This document shows, in pieces, positions 15,401-28,390 of a stretch of DNA of 64,000 nt. A program made the translations under genes and the position numbers. The notes under the pieces were generated by a model. The model saw only the letters and a program-made list of their open reading frames with translations. It ran no database searches and was not told the origin of the DNA. The DNA is from Octopus vulgaris (taxonomy: Eukaryota): contig OX597830.1 of NCBI GenBank assembly GCA_951406725.2, positions 44,020,001 to 44,084,000 on the forward strand, in the 5' to 3' direction. The stretch's first letter is position 1. Every line of letters starts with the position of its first letter.

Positions 15401-15747
15401 TATAGCTCTTGGTTGACAAAAGCTTTGTGAATGAACTTGGTAGATGGAAACTGAAAGAAGCCCATTGTGTATGTGTATGTCTTTGCTCCCCATCATTTGA
15501 CAATTGGTGTTCCTGTAACTTAGCACTTCAGGAAAAGAGACTGATAGAAAAAGTACCAGGCTTTAAAAACAAAGTAAGTATTAGGGTCAATTTATTTGAT
15601 TAACATCCTTCTAGGTGGTGCCTCAGAATGGCTGCAGTCTAATGACAAACAAGTAAATGATACCACTTAACCAATGGAGGTATACTCCCTTTAATTATGT
15701 AGAAAATAGTCGTGTCTTGCATCTATATTTTCTGCAATAGAATTGTG

Positions 15748-16085
15748 GAAGTGCAATGGCTCAGTTGTTAGGGCAGCAGACGCGTGGTCACAGGATCATG
15801 ATTTCAATCCCCAGATTGGGCATTGTGAGTGTTTATTAAGTGAAAACACCTGAAGCTCCATGAGGCTCCAGCAGGGGGTGGTGACGAATCCTGCTGTATT
15901 CTTTCACCACAACTTTCTCTCACTCTTTCTTCCTGTTTCTGTTGTGCCTGTATTTCAAAGGGCCAGCCTTGTCACACTGAATATCCCTGAGAACTACATT
16001 AAGGGTGTTAATTTTATGAGCAGACTGTTCCGTTGATTGGATCAACTGGAACCCTCGTCATCGTAATCGATGGAGTGCCACAGCA
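15748..16085 (+). mobile_element. tRNA-derived SINE, family D
   Basis: tRNA-like head. Its 3' tail GATCAACTGGAACCCTCGTC..GGAGTGCCA is shared with a minus-strand SINE at ~45175-45485 that has a different head. Confidence 0.7.
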
Positions 16086-17051
16086 ATAGAATTATTTTGA
16101 AAGTCATTCAACTGAGTTTTTAATTTGGTTTAAATTCTCATGCAGAGCTATTTTATTTTACTTGCATTGCTTATGTTCTTAAGAAAGGCATGAATCTCTT
16201 AATCTCGGGTTTTATGATTTTAGCAGTTGTCTTTGTAGAAAATTAGACTAATCAGGGTAAAAATTCTTCTTGTTTATAACATACATACACTGCACAGGTT
16301 AATATTGTAATACCCTTTAAAAGCTGGAGTATTTGCATGAATGTGTAGCAGTGATTTGAAACTGAATCACTGGATGCATAGTCAGACATCACAAGCAAAC
16401 CATTATAGTTTCACATGATTGGTCCATTAACTGAATAATCAGCATGAAGCAATGGTGTTGAGAGGGTTTTCTCAGACATTTTAGAATTTAGTGTCCCTTC
16501 CCGTATAAAAACTGTTCAGCACATATTTTTAATAACCAGATGGCCCAGACAGATGACCAAGAACCTCCAACACCACGAAGAGAGCACAGTTGATTTCAGA
16601 TACATTTGGCAAACCACATGTGGCTTTACCAATAGCTTTCTGTAATCTAAGAGTAGCATCTCTCTCCCAGTCTGTAATTATTGATGTTAACTGTAAATGG
16701 CCAAAGCATCTTGTCTTTATGTGCAACAATAAATTCTTCTGTTAAATGTTTGCAGGTTTTACTTCTTCAGTTGCTTCTTCATGCAGCCAAGAAATACATT
16801 TTCATTCATTAATTCAATCAGCTATCACAGCAGCATTGATGAAATATAATATTACGCATGGCAAATGTACATAAAGGATTTTAGGTTTTTTTTTTATAGA
16901 ATGTGGATGCCTTGTCCTTAACTGAATTTTGATGAACACCATTAAGAATGAGAGATGGGATGTTTGTGATGTATTTTTGTAATTTTAAAGGACAATGTGT
17001 ATGCGTGTGGTGTAATTGCATTTTGACACATTGAGTGTAGCAAAAGGTAAC

Positions 17052-17088
<37 letters not shown>

Positions 17089-17090
17089 TA

Positions 17091-17790
17091 CAGGATGTGA
17101 TGGGTAAATTGTTGCCATTTTATATTTTTAATTTTGCACATGTGCATCATTTGTTGGGCATTGTCTGAGAAAACCAGCACCATGACATAATTCACTCTGC
17201 CAGAAATTTGAAACTGACATGCTGTATTGCTTGGCATTTGTGCCAGAAGCTCCAATACAAACATTCAAAGTGTTTGGGTGAGGACAGTGTAATCTGAGGA
17301 CATGTACTGAGAGTGGTAAAAATCAAACATCCAGTCAACATCATGGCGTCTGGTGATGTCATGCCTCCATTCATCTTCCCACACAGTCTCAGACTCAACA
17401 CTGAGGCTTACATCAAGTGCATGGAGGAGGTAGTGTTGCCCTGAGTGAAGAGGGTGACAGTTGGAAGACCCTATGTCTAGCAACAGGACTCTGCACCATG
17501 CCACACAAGCAGAAGAACCCTGACATGGCTGTCAAACAGTTTCTGCAACCACATCACCCCTATCATCTAGCCACCTAACTCCTCAGATTGCAATGCCCTT
17601 CATTATTATGTGTGGGGTGCATTTGAGCGAGAGACCAACAAAACTCCTTGTAACACCAAAGATGAACTGAAGGCAAGGTTTATGGCAGCATTCACCAACT
17701 TAAACAAGGAGCCCGTCCAGAAGAGTTGCAGGAGATTCTGAAGTCGTCTGGAGGCTGTGGTTGAAGCCGATGGCAGATTTATTGAATAAA
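17091..17790 (+). mobile_element. Internally deleted maT/DD37D-like transposon
   Basis: Starts TA|CAGGATGTG. Relic transposase C-terminus GDVMPPFIFP...QQDSAPCH...PPNSSDCN..YYVWG...RLEAVVEADG. Confidence 0.8.
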
Positions 17791-18289
17791 TTTACTCTTT
17801 AAAGATTAGTGGTAATGTCAGATTAAGAATAGAGAGGAAGAGAGCAAAACTTTATTCAGTAAGAAGAAAGTAGGAAAGTTGGAAAATATAGTGAGGATGA
17901 TTTGCAAAATGTTGAAATGAATATTAAAGTAGAGACATTGAATCATGCAAATAATTTCTGTGTAATTCTAAGAGATGAAGGTTGTGCAAAATTAGTGACT
18001 AATGCAAAGATTTCTTTATATTTTATGAATGCTTGATTCCTTCTCTGAGTTTTCCTACAACTAAAAAACGTTCATAAACATTTAGACAACTTTTCTATGA
18101 AGTTTTTTTTTAAATATCATGGGGTCTTTTTTTTTTCTGTGAAACCATCTAGATTTTGGTGAAATAAGATGTTGAATAACTTAATCTGACTTTAACTCAA
18201 TAGTTCTCAGTTTTTTTTCCCCTTCATGGCATACTGGAGATCAAATAAGAATAGAAGTATCACACTTCACCCGAATGATTAAGATTGAA

Positions 18290-18720
18290 TACAATACTGT
18301 ATTTTAGAGATGAGGAATTATGTAGATTGTTTACAATGGACAGAGAGGTGTCATCTTGTTTGTTGTTATTACGTTTTGGCTGATGTACTGTCCTGGTGGA
18401 ATTTGAAACCCAACCCTTTATTTGATGAATGGGGTACTCTGTTCTTATTCCTAATGTATTTTTTGCTGATATTATTATTATTATCATTATTATTATTACT
18501 TATTCAAGTCACTGCCTGGGATTGAACCTGGAATCATAGGGTTAGTAGCCTGTGCTCTTAACCACGGCGCTATTCCAGGTTCAATCCTAGCTGGTGACTT
18601 GAATAAATAACAATAACATCAGCAAAAAATACCTTAGGAATGAGAATAGTACCCCATCAGCTGAAACACTGTAGTAACAACAATCAAGGTGAGGACACCT
18701 ATCCGTCTAATGTAAATAAT
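18290..18720. mobile_element. ORF-less inverted pair of Penelope pLTR copies with tRNA-like centre
   Basis: Homologous to 31460-31710. 18572-18720 inverts ~18335-18535. The hammerhead CUGAUGA part is deleted. Confidence 0.75.
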
Positions 18721-18745
18721 TAAGGTATAAAATATGTTTTAAAGT

Positions 18746-18968
18746 TTAACCCTTTAGCATTCAGATTACTTTGTCAAATGTAATTTGTATTTATTCACAT
18801 TGTTTTGAATTATGTATTATCTTGTAGCTCTGAGATTTTACTGATGTGATTGTATGTGTTTAGAATGACATTGTAGGGTAGGTATGAGAAGCTGAATCTG
18901 GCCAGTTTGAACATAAAAGAGGTAGAGTATTTCAGCTGGATATGGATGGTTTAAATACTAAAGGGTAA
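18746..18968. mobile_element. TTAA-CCC (piggyBac-like) MITE, family 1
   Basis: TTAACCCTTTAGCATT...AATACTAAAGGGTAA. Further copies at ~4852-5075 (inverted), 25509-25718 and 32878-33105. Confidence 0.7.
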
Positions 18969-19329
18969 AAATTGTAGGAAACTATTGTTTACTTTGTTTT
19001 ATTAATCAGTCATCATCATCATTTAACGTCTGCTTTCCATGCTAGCATGGGTTAGATGTATGACTGAGGACTGGCGAACCAGATGGCTGCACCAGACTCC
19101 AATCTGATCTGGCAGAGTTTCTGCAACTGGATGCCCTTCCTAACACCAACCACTCCAAGAGTGTAGTGGTGCTTTTTACATGCCACCGGCACGAGGGCCA
19201 GTCAGGTGGTACTGGCATCGGCCATGCTTGGATGGTGCTTTTTACATTCCATTCATGTTTATAAAAATAAACATAACCTGGTCTTTGAAACATTCAAGCA
19301 TTTTCTAAGCCTTAAATCTTGTTCTTAAA

Positions 19330-19895
19330 AGTGTGCTGTGCCCCAGAAGACCCAGAAAGCCAAGTGGGACCGTAACTGTGGCCTATGCTAGTGCAGCATA
19401 ACCAGCCCATTTAAGAGTACCCTTCAATCATTGGGCAATAAACTGTACTTGCGAAGACATGTTGAAGCAAGTGAAGTTGTCATGGCTGATGACAGTACCG
19501 CCTGATTGGCACCCATGCTGGTGGCATGTAAAAAGCACCATTCGAGCATGGTTGATGCCCATGCCGGCTGACTGGTCCCATGCCAGTGGAATGTAAAAAG
19601 CACCATTCAAGCATGGTCGTTACCAGTGCCACCTGACTGGCTCACATGCTAGTGGAACGTAAAAAGCAGCATCCAAGCGTGGCTGATGCCAGTACTGCCT
19701 GACTGGCCCTCGTGCTGGTGGCATGTAAAAAGCACCCACTACACTCTTGAAGTGGTTGGCGTTAAGAAGGGGATCCAGCTGTAGAAACATTGTCAGATCA
19801 GATTGGAGCCTGGTACAGCCCATTAGCTTGCCAGTCCTCACTCAAAACGTCCAACCCATGCTAGCATGGAAAGCAGACGTTAAATGATGATGATG
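19330..19895 (+). mobile_element. RTE 3' UTR copy
   Basis: Same family as 30277-30926. Other copies: plus at ~22835, 24650, 28950, 36613-37191, 41633-42148, 45560-45945, 54990; minus at ~210-505, 19011-19252, 47320-47530, 61458-61815. Confidence 0.85.
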
Positions 19896-20194
19896 CAATA
19901 GAAACCATGCCAAAGTAGACAGCAGAGCTTGGTGCAATGCCCTGGCTTTCCAGCCCCTGTCAAACCATCCAACCCATACCAGCATGGAAAACAAACATTA
20001 ATTGATGATGATTATGCAGTACATCTGGATACACAGTGTGGCTTACCAGTATACCCTAGAATTATCTGAGAACCACAGCCATAACCTCAAAGTCACTGAG
20101 GTTAAGATTTTTTTTTTACTTCATCTTTCAATTTGTATATTTCTCAATGTCATAAAATATTCTAAGAAAGGCTTTGTAATTATTCCACTTTCAG

Positions 20195-20313
20195 GTAGCT
20201 ATTTTAGCAGCCACTTTATAATGGGTGGTGAGAGGTTTGATATGACTCAACCAGAAGCTTACTTGTTTGGTGAAAATCAAGATTTAAACTTTCTGGGAAA
20301 CAAACCAATTCCT
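20195..20313 (+). CDS. MGRN1: MGRN1-like exon 2
   Basis: TTTCAG acceptor, GTAAGT donor. GSYFSSHFIMGGERFDMTQPEAYLFGENQDLNFLGNKPIP; 119 nt. Confidence 0.95.
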
Positions 20314-20419
20314 GTAAGTATAAAAACTAATCAGCTATTTTTACGTTGCCCAAAACGCTTTCCAAAATCATATGGATTCTTCATTGAAAATTTTGCTTTT
20401 AGTCACTAAATAAAGAAAA

Positions 20420-20815
20420 TGTGGTTGTGTGCATATGAGAATATGAATGTGTGCATGTGTATGTGTTCATGTATGTTGATGTATGAGTGCATGTGTGTGT
20501 GTATGTATATGTGTATATTTGTGTGTGTATTTATGTGTATATTGGTGTGTGTGCATATATATTTATGTATATGCATGTGTGTATATGTGCATTTATGTGT
20601 ATGTAAGCATGTGTGTGTATATGTATGCATGTATGTGTATATATTTGTGTATATGTATGCATACACATCTATGTATATATGTGTATGAATGCATGTATGT
20701 GTGTGTGTGTATATTATGTGTATGTATATATTATGTATATTTATGCAAGTGTGTGTATATATTTATATGTATGTATGAATTATGTATGCATGTGTGTGTA
20801 AGTATGTATCTTTAT
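20420..20815. repeat. Compound (TG/TA) low-complexity microsatellite
   Basis: Directly visible; it produces the spurious C/V/Y/M-rich ORFs. Confidence 0.95.
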
Positions 20816-21597
20816 CTTCATATGTCAAAGCAATGAGCTGGCTGAACCTTAGCACACAGAAAAAAATGCTCAGCAACTTTTTGTCTGTCTTTACATTCTG
20901 AGTTCAAATCTCGCCAAGGTTGGCTTTGCCTTTCATCCTTTCATGGCCAATAAAATAAGTACCAGTTGGATACTGGGGTCAATGTAATTGTCTATCCCCT
21001 GCCCCCAAATTTCCAGCCTTGTGCCTATAATAGAAAAGATTCTTAATTATCGTCATATGTCTGTTTTTCTATGCTGGTGCTTGAGGGGCTGTCCCATGTG
21101 AGGAGAACTAAAGGGTTTAAAGTTCCTATTCAGTTACTGTTTTTCCCAGATGGATAGCCAGTGACATGGCTAGCAGATTCTATATCTTGCTCATATGTTC
21201 CATTTTTAGCATTCTTTCTATCAGTGAATGTCCTTCCTATCATCAGCCATTTATACCTTCTTCTATAAATAATTATTTAATATCTTATCTCAGTTTGATT
21301 TTTTGTATTTCCTTGTGCCTTTGCTGGCATAAATAAACATTGAAAAACTTGAAAAACAGTCATTTAAATAACATATGGAAGAAAACATGTGTTGTTGTCC
21401 CGGATGAACCTTCTCTTAAACATCATTTGCATTGTACACCATGTTGATTTTGCAGATATCCCAATTGTTTAACATGGTTATTATTTAATTAAGAAATAAC
21501 AAAAATAGTTAATATGCTAGCTGAGCTCTTGGCTTGTCCTCGTATCATTTAACATCCATTTTCCATGCTGGCATGGGTTGGATGTTATGTATACCAT

Positions 21598-21870
21598 TTA
21601 TATTAGTCAGACTGATGTCATGTTGGTTGTTGCTTTCGCTATGTTTCAACTATTGTACACTTTCTTCTGGTGTCTTGCATTGAACTTGGTTGTTGTTGCA
21701 AATAATGGTGCAATAACCGAGTTCAATGCAAGACACCTGAAGAAGGCTGGAGTTTACAACAGCTGAAACATAGAGAAAACAATAATCAAGATAAGAACAC
21801 CAGTTTGACTAATATAAACAGAATACATAATAATATAAATTTTTCGTTTCACAAATATAGAATTGTATAG
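21598..21870. mobile_element. Older inverted pair of related pLTR copies with a degenerate hammerhead
   Basis: 21601-21688 is a reverse-complement match to ~21720-21815. The plus copy reads GACAC-CTGAAGA-A-GGCTG...CAGCT-GAAA-CATA. Confidence 0.65.
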
Positions 21871-23546
21871 GTTGAACAATTTTGACTTGATCTGGTGAGC
21901 TGTAGGGTTGTGTTGAGCTCAAATGTCAGCTACAAAAACAAATGATCATTGAAGTAACAAATAAATTACATAATTTCTTCCTCTTGGTACATATCATATC
22001 TGCTAAAAATGAATTGAGATGTTGTATAGAAAAGAAAAATTATATCAAGTGGAGAAAATGGAAAGAGTTATTGGGTATATAAAACAAACTTGCGTGACAT
22101 TATTCTTAACATTGTTCCTCCCCATTAAAGTTTTACATTGATCACCCCACCCTTCTATGCTACAAAATTATCTTTCCCTCTTCACTGAATAACTTCCTGT
22201 TGATTTGCTCTTATCACCATACATCTCTCACTCTCCCTGTAATGCATAGGGAAAGTTAGAGATATATGGTGATAAGGGCACAACAGGAAGTGGTTCAGTG
22301 AACAAGGAGAGAGAATTTGATTGCGTAGAAGGGTGACCAATACAAAATGTGAATGGGGAGGGACCATGGAGTGAGTGAGAGAACCTACCCACTCACTGGT
22401 CATCTCCTTTTCTGTCATCCTTCACCTCTTCTCAGTCAGCACCTACTCTCCCTTGTCTTCTCTCCAATTTATATATAACATTGATCACTTCTCCACCCTT
22501 GTCCACCATTCACTATATTCACCCTTTGATCCTACCCAATCTCTACAGTCACCACCTACTCCTTTCCAACCTTCCTTCCATTTCATTTATCATTGACCCC
22601 CACCGCCATCACCTCTTGTTCATCATTCGTTATATTCACTCCCCTCTACCTCATTTCTAACCATGCTTCACTCTCCCCATGTATTCTTACTACTTCTATC
22701 CATCTATCTTCCCTATTCTCTCCTCTGAGCCCACCAAGATACTTCACCACCTTTTTTCCAGCTCCACCTCCATTACTCCTATCCACTCTTGTATAGTGCT
22801 AGTAACCATGTATCTCCTCGAAAGCAAGAAACCTGTTCTGACTCTTTGGTGACCTCACGTGTGCTGGTGCAATGAAAAGTAGCATTTGGTACACTCCATA
22901 AAGTGGTTAGCATTAAGAAGAACATCCAATCATAGGGACTGGCATATGATCCAGTCTTCAGACCCATTGGATCCTGTGAAACTGCTCATCCCATGCCAAT
23001 TTGGAAAGTACACATCAAAAGATGATGATGATATCTACTAGGCAGAAGGCATGTTGTTTCTTCCTTCTGTGTCTTCTACTGATAACACAAAGACTGCTGG
23101 TCCTCTGAAATAGAAAACTATGTACCACCGCTTCTGAAACCCCCATTAAGAATCAACCTCTTCACAAGCCCATTCTTTGAATCCATTTTTTTCTCTAGCC
23201 CACACCCGAAACCCCTTGCTTTGCTGTCTTTCTCATTAGAGCCCTCTATACCAGATTTCTCTTCTGATGTATCCTTTCATACAGAATTTAGCATATAGAA
23301 GCCCAAACTGAAGATAAACTTACTACTTCTATTCAGTTTCACCAGTCTGGAAGAGTGGACATTCTGTGAGTGAATAATATACCTAAAAGCACATTTCTAT
23401 ACACAAAGACTGCTATGCATGCCCGCATATTCATACTCGGATATATGCAAACCGTCTCTCCCTCCCCTCTCATTCATTCAATGAATCCAGGGGGTTCTGT
23501 TCCTTGTATTCTAGCTACAAGACCAACAATATATATATATATATAA

Positions 23547-23814
23547 GTATAAAAATTATATATAAAAAGGGACAAGAACATGAAATACACAAAGAGACGA
23601 CACAAAAAATGGACGGGTCATTCGAAGCCTTTAATCTTCAGTCAGGAACCGGATCATCATAGCAAATTTCGGCTGACAGAATTAATCAGCTGAAATTTGC
23701 TATGATGATCCTGTTCCTGACTGAAGATTAAAGGCTTCGAATGACCCGTCCATTTTTTGTGTCGTCTCTTTGTGTATTTCATGTTCTTGTCCCTTTTTAT
23801 ATATAATTTTATAC
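23547..23814. repeat. Near-perfect 130-bp-arm palindrome between (TA)n tracts
   Basis: Arms 23547-23676 and 23686-23814, 9-nt spacer, about 2 substitutions and 1 indel. Confidence 0.95.
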
Positions 23815-23847
23815 CTATATTATTGTGGTGTAACGTACACCTTGTTC

Positions 23848-23906
<59 letters not shown>

Positions 23907-25909
23907 ACCTATAAACAGAGCTTCCATTTTTAAGTTGTGAAAGTCTATTACACTATCTGGTTAAGCACTTTTACCATTAATTTTTTTTTCCTGAAAGGTA
24001 ATATAGTTTTCTCATGTATATGTTGCATCTCTCCTGTGTATGATAATAAAAGGCGTATTGTGTTGGATCTTTTTTTTTACTTCTCATATAAATTGTTTAC
24101 ATAATAATTGAATAGTTCCATGATCGCTTGTATGTAGTTGGGAAAATATTTAAAATATACCTTATACAAGCTCTTTGGTTTATTTTGGAAATTCCATTTG
24201 TATAATTTGTCCTCTGTCAAAACTTCTCCACAACCCTTCTTTCCAACACCATTTTCCCACTGCTCACTGCAGGCCCCTCTACTATCCTTCATGTTCCTAC
24301 CTGCATACTCTTGATGCCTTCATATATCTACATTATCAACCACCTCCAGCCCCAGTAATTTCTCTCATCATCACTTTGCTACAGTCCCCCTCACACTCTC
24401 ATGCAACGTCCCTCTCTATCCATTTATATTCCCCACTGTACCCTGTGGGTAGGTCCTGGTGCATCTCCAACACTTTCTATTTCTCTCTTTCTGTCTCTGT
24501 CTGTCCCCTTCTGCACCTGTCTTTTCCTGCTGGATTAGCCAAATATTTCTTCTATAATAAGACACCTACTTCTATCCCTCTGTTATAATCTAACCTCTCA
24601 ACTGGCACAAAGCCACTTCCTCTCCCAGCCATGTTACTTGCATGTCTTGCATATTACTTGACAACTCTACCTGTGCTGGTGCCACATAAAAGTGTACCCA
24701 GTACACTCTGTAAAGTGGTTGGTGTGTTAGGAAAGGCATCCATTTATAGAAACTATGCCAGACTGGAACCTGATGCAACACTTTGGCTTTGCCAGCTCCT
24801 GTAAAACTGTCCAACTCATGCCAGCATGAAAAATGGGAAAATGATGATGTAAGTTGTCTAAATTTTAGCTGATCTATAAATAGATGAGTTTCGTCACTTT
24901 TATGAATACATTTGTGTGTTGACAGTAATTACTTCTTTCCTGAAAGATAATATTGTTTTCTTGCATATAAGCTGCACCTCTCCATCTATGTATTATAATA
25001 GGCTTATTGTATAAGATTTTTTTGTTTTGTTTTCCTACTTATAAATTGTTTACATAATAATTAAATGATTCCATGATCACTTGTAAGTAATTGGGAAAAC
25101 ATTTAAAACACACCTTATACTTACATAAGTTTTTTTCGGTCATGTTGGAAATTCCATTTGTAAATATTTATACATTTTCTCTTGATAGAATTCCTAAATT
25201 ATATTGGTGAATTAATTTTGATTTTATAAATCCAGTTTCTCACTGAATATACAAATTTTATGCATTAACTGAAAATATAGTTAATGTTCGTTCTAAATAT
25301 TAAACACTAAACTTTGATCTGTATCATAGTCTGACCTAGATTGTGAATTGTTGAAGTTTATTTTCAAACTCAAACTATGACTCATACTGTAAAATATTTC
25401 ACAAGCCTAGAGATATTTTTTACTTCCAATTATATATACAGATTTGTTGTATTTTTATTTATTTTTTTAAACTTTTATATTTAGAAAGCTGATCAGCCTC
25501 AAACCGGTTTAACTCTTTCGCATTCAGATTACTCTGTCAAATGTAATTCTTATTTATTCACATTGTCTCAAATTAATCTTGCTTTATCTCATAGCTTCAA
25601 GATCTCAATGATGTGATTATTTTTAGAATGACATTGTAGGATATGTGTGAAGCTGGAGCTGACTGGTATGAACATAAAACAGAGCTGGCTATGGCTGGTT
25701 TAAATGCTAAAGGATTAATTTGATAAGCCAGTAAAGAAGAGAATATATTTGGCTTTCATGCTTTCTTACTATTGATGTTTTAATTTGGGTTCCATATGAT
25801 TATTCTTTATGAAATTTTTAATGATGTATATGATTTACGTAAAAATAATAAGCCCAGGGAGATTTGTTCATTGATCTCATCTAAGTCATCCTTGCAGGTT
25901 TGTGAACTA

Positions 25910-27170
25910 TTGGGTTGGCAAGAAAGTAATTTTGTTTTTTTTAGTTTGGAATAAAAGTGATTTTTTTTTTTCATACAAGAATGAACTTTAATCAGTTATA
26001 TATTTTCTATTCTGTTTGATGACCATTTGCCATCTTTCTGGCAGTTTCATGATTCCGTACTCATAGAACTTCTGATCCTTATCAGCCAAAGAATGGAGCA
26101 AGTGTGATTTCAGGTCATCATCATTATTTAAAGTTTTACCATTCGAAGAATTTTGAAAACTTCAAAATAAATGGTAATCTGATGGTGCAAGATCAGGGCT
26201 TTATGGTAGATGTGACATCACTTCCCAATCAAGCTCCCATAAATTTTTATGAGTTACCAAAGATGTGTGTGGTCTAGTGTTGTCATGGTGGAACATGATT
26301 CTTTTATGATTCGCCAATTCTGGCCGTTTTTCTTTGATTGCTTCCTCTAGTTTCATTAGTTGTTGACAGTAAATATTTGGATTGATCGTTTGGTTCCTTG
26401 GAAGCAGCTCAAAATACACAACACCTTTTTAATCTCACTAAATTGACAGTACGTCCTTTTTTTTTTATGCAATTCAGCTTTAGATGTGGTTTGTGCTGGT
26501 TCATTACGCTTGAACCATGATTGTTTTCGATTGATGTTATTATTGTAAACAATGCATTTTTCATCATCAGTGATGATTCATTTCAAGAAAAGGTTGATTT
26601 CATTGTGTTTGAGATGCATATTGCAAATTTTGATTAGTTGTGTTAAGTGAATTGCTTTCAATTTATGTGGAACCCAAATATCAAGGTTCTTAACAAGTTC
26701 AAGACATTGTAAGTGATTTTCAGTTGTTGTGTGTGATACATTTAAGTCTCTGCAATCTCTTGCACAGTTATGTGACAATCAAATTCAATTATGGTTTGAC
26801 CAGAATGTTGGTCATCTTTGAATGAAAAATTTCCTGAACAGAATTTTTTAAACCATTTCTCATATGTGCTTTCTGTTAAGCAATCAATACCATAAACTTC
26901 ACATACTTCTTTGTGAGCCTCAGCAGCTTTCTTGCCTTTATGGAAATAAAAAAGCAAAATATGGCATAAATGTTCGTTTTTGCACTCCATGTTAAAATTA
27001 AAACTGAACTAACAGCTGTAAACAAAATTACATGCAATTTGCTTCTAAGGTAAGCTAAAAGTAACAGCTATCAAATGTCAAAAGGAAAAAAATCATAATG
27101 TTGACAAAAGCCATTTAAAAAAAATCGTAACTCTACTTGTGAAAAACGAAATTACTTTCTAGCCAACCCA
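25910..27170 (-). mobile_element. Near full-length decayed mariner transposon
   Basis: TIRs TTGGGTTGGCAAGAAAGTAAT / ATTACTTTCTAGCCAACCCA with TA at the left end. Fragmented transposase includes WVPHKL, HHDNTRPH and SPDLAPSDY-like motifs. Confidence 0.93.
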
Positions 27171-27633
27171 CCAGGATAATTTTGCTTGACTAACGTATCC
27201 TCTAAAATTTGTAAGCTTTAGCCAGTTATGTTAGAAACCATTACTATTATCAATGAGTAGTTGAATATTAGCAATATTAGAATATTAGTAGAATGCCAGA
27301 TTGGAATGCTTTGTAATATTTATGTTCTGTGTTCACCCTCCGTATTTGCATTTACTTTCCATTCATGCTGGTTCTAAAAAGGTAGTATTAGTCATGTATT
27401 GGATTGATTATATCAATATTATATAAGATTAGTTGTAAAATAGATTAAAACTACTAGTAGCTAGTTTTAATCTATTTTACTGTTATTACTAATAAAACTA
27501 GTAGTAACAGCAGTAATTATTATTAGTGATTTTTTTTTTTCCTTACCAGATTTTTTGTTTACTTATTGTGTTGAATCCAAAGTTTTGTAATATATTAACT
27601 TATTTGCTTAATTCAAGTTATGACAGCCTAGTA

Positions 27634-28390
27634 TTCAAGGTAGAGGCCATCATGTTGCACCATCTGAAGCCACCTTTTCACAATTCTTTGGTCTTGCACT
27701 CCTACTAGATCTGGTCCTTTGAAAGAAAAAAAAAACTCTTTCACTGAAGCTTCCACCTCCTCTTGGTTGAGGAAGTGTCCTGAGTGCAGGAAGTGAGCTA
27801 TGGATCAGAATAAATAATAATCCGAGGGAGCTAGGCCTGGATTATATGCTGGGTGTGGCATCATTTCAATTCCCTCAAGTTCCTGGAGTTTATTCCAGGT
27901 TGTTTGAGTGGTATGAGATCATGCATTGTTTTACTGCAGAAGTGCTCACTTTCTGTTAAGCAGTGCTGGGTATTTTTGTTGCTCAATGACATACATCTGC
28001 TCCAGCTTTTCGGAGTACAGGTTGGCATGGATGGTTTGACTGTCTGGAATGAATTTGTAGCAAATTATCCCCTCATAATTCTACCAGATGCATAGTATCA
28101 CTTTGTGTTTGAAACATCCATGATTGGTGATAGGTTCTGAAAGCTGGCCTTTACTTAACCACTGCTTATACAGATTAGGATTGTGAAAAAATATCCCTCT
28201 TGGATTATTGCTTGTTCCAATCCATGGCTTAGCTCCTGTGCTCTTGTTACTTCATCAACCAAGGAGAGGTAGAAGTTTCAGTGAAGGAGTTTTCACCTCA
28301 AAGGGCAAGAACTGGTATCAGCATGGGATAAAAAAAAAACTGGCAGAAAGCTGGCTTGAGATGGTGCAACACAATGGCCTCTACTTTGAA
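27634..28390. mobile_element. Mariner transposase relics, with two 3' ends in inverted orientation
   Basis: 27634-27790 (minus) and ~28225-28390 (plus) share the ...GATGGTGCAACA..ATGGCCTCTAC..TGAA end. Confidence 0.6.

Noticed and set aside
20406-20836. Overlapping ORFs rich in C/V/Y/M or H/T (also 40756-41042 and 63701-63886)
   Set aside because: Translations of TG/TA/CA microsatellites.
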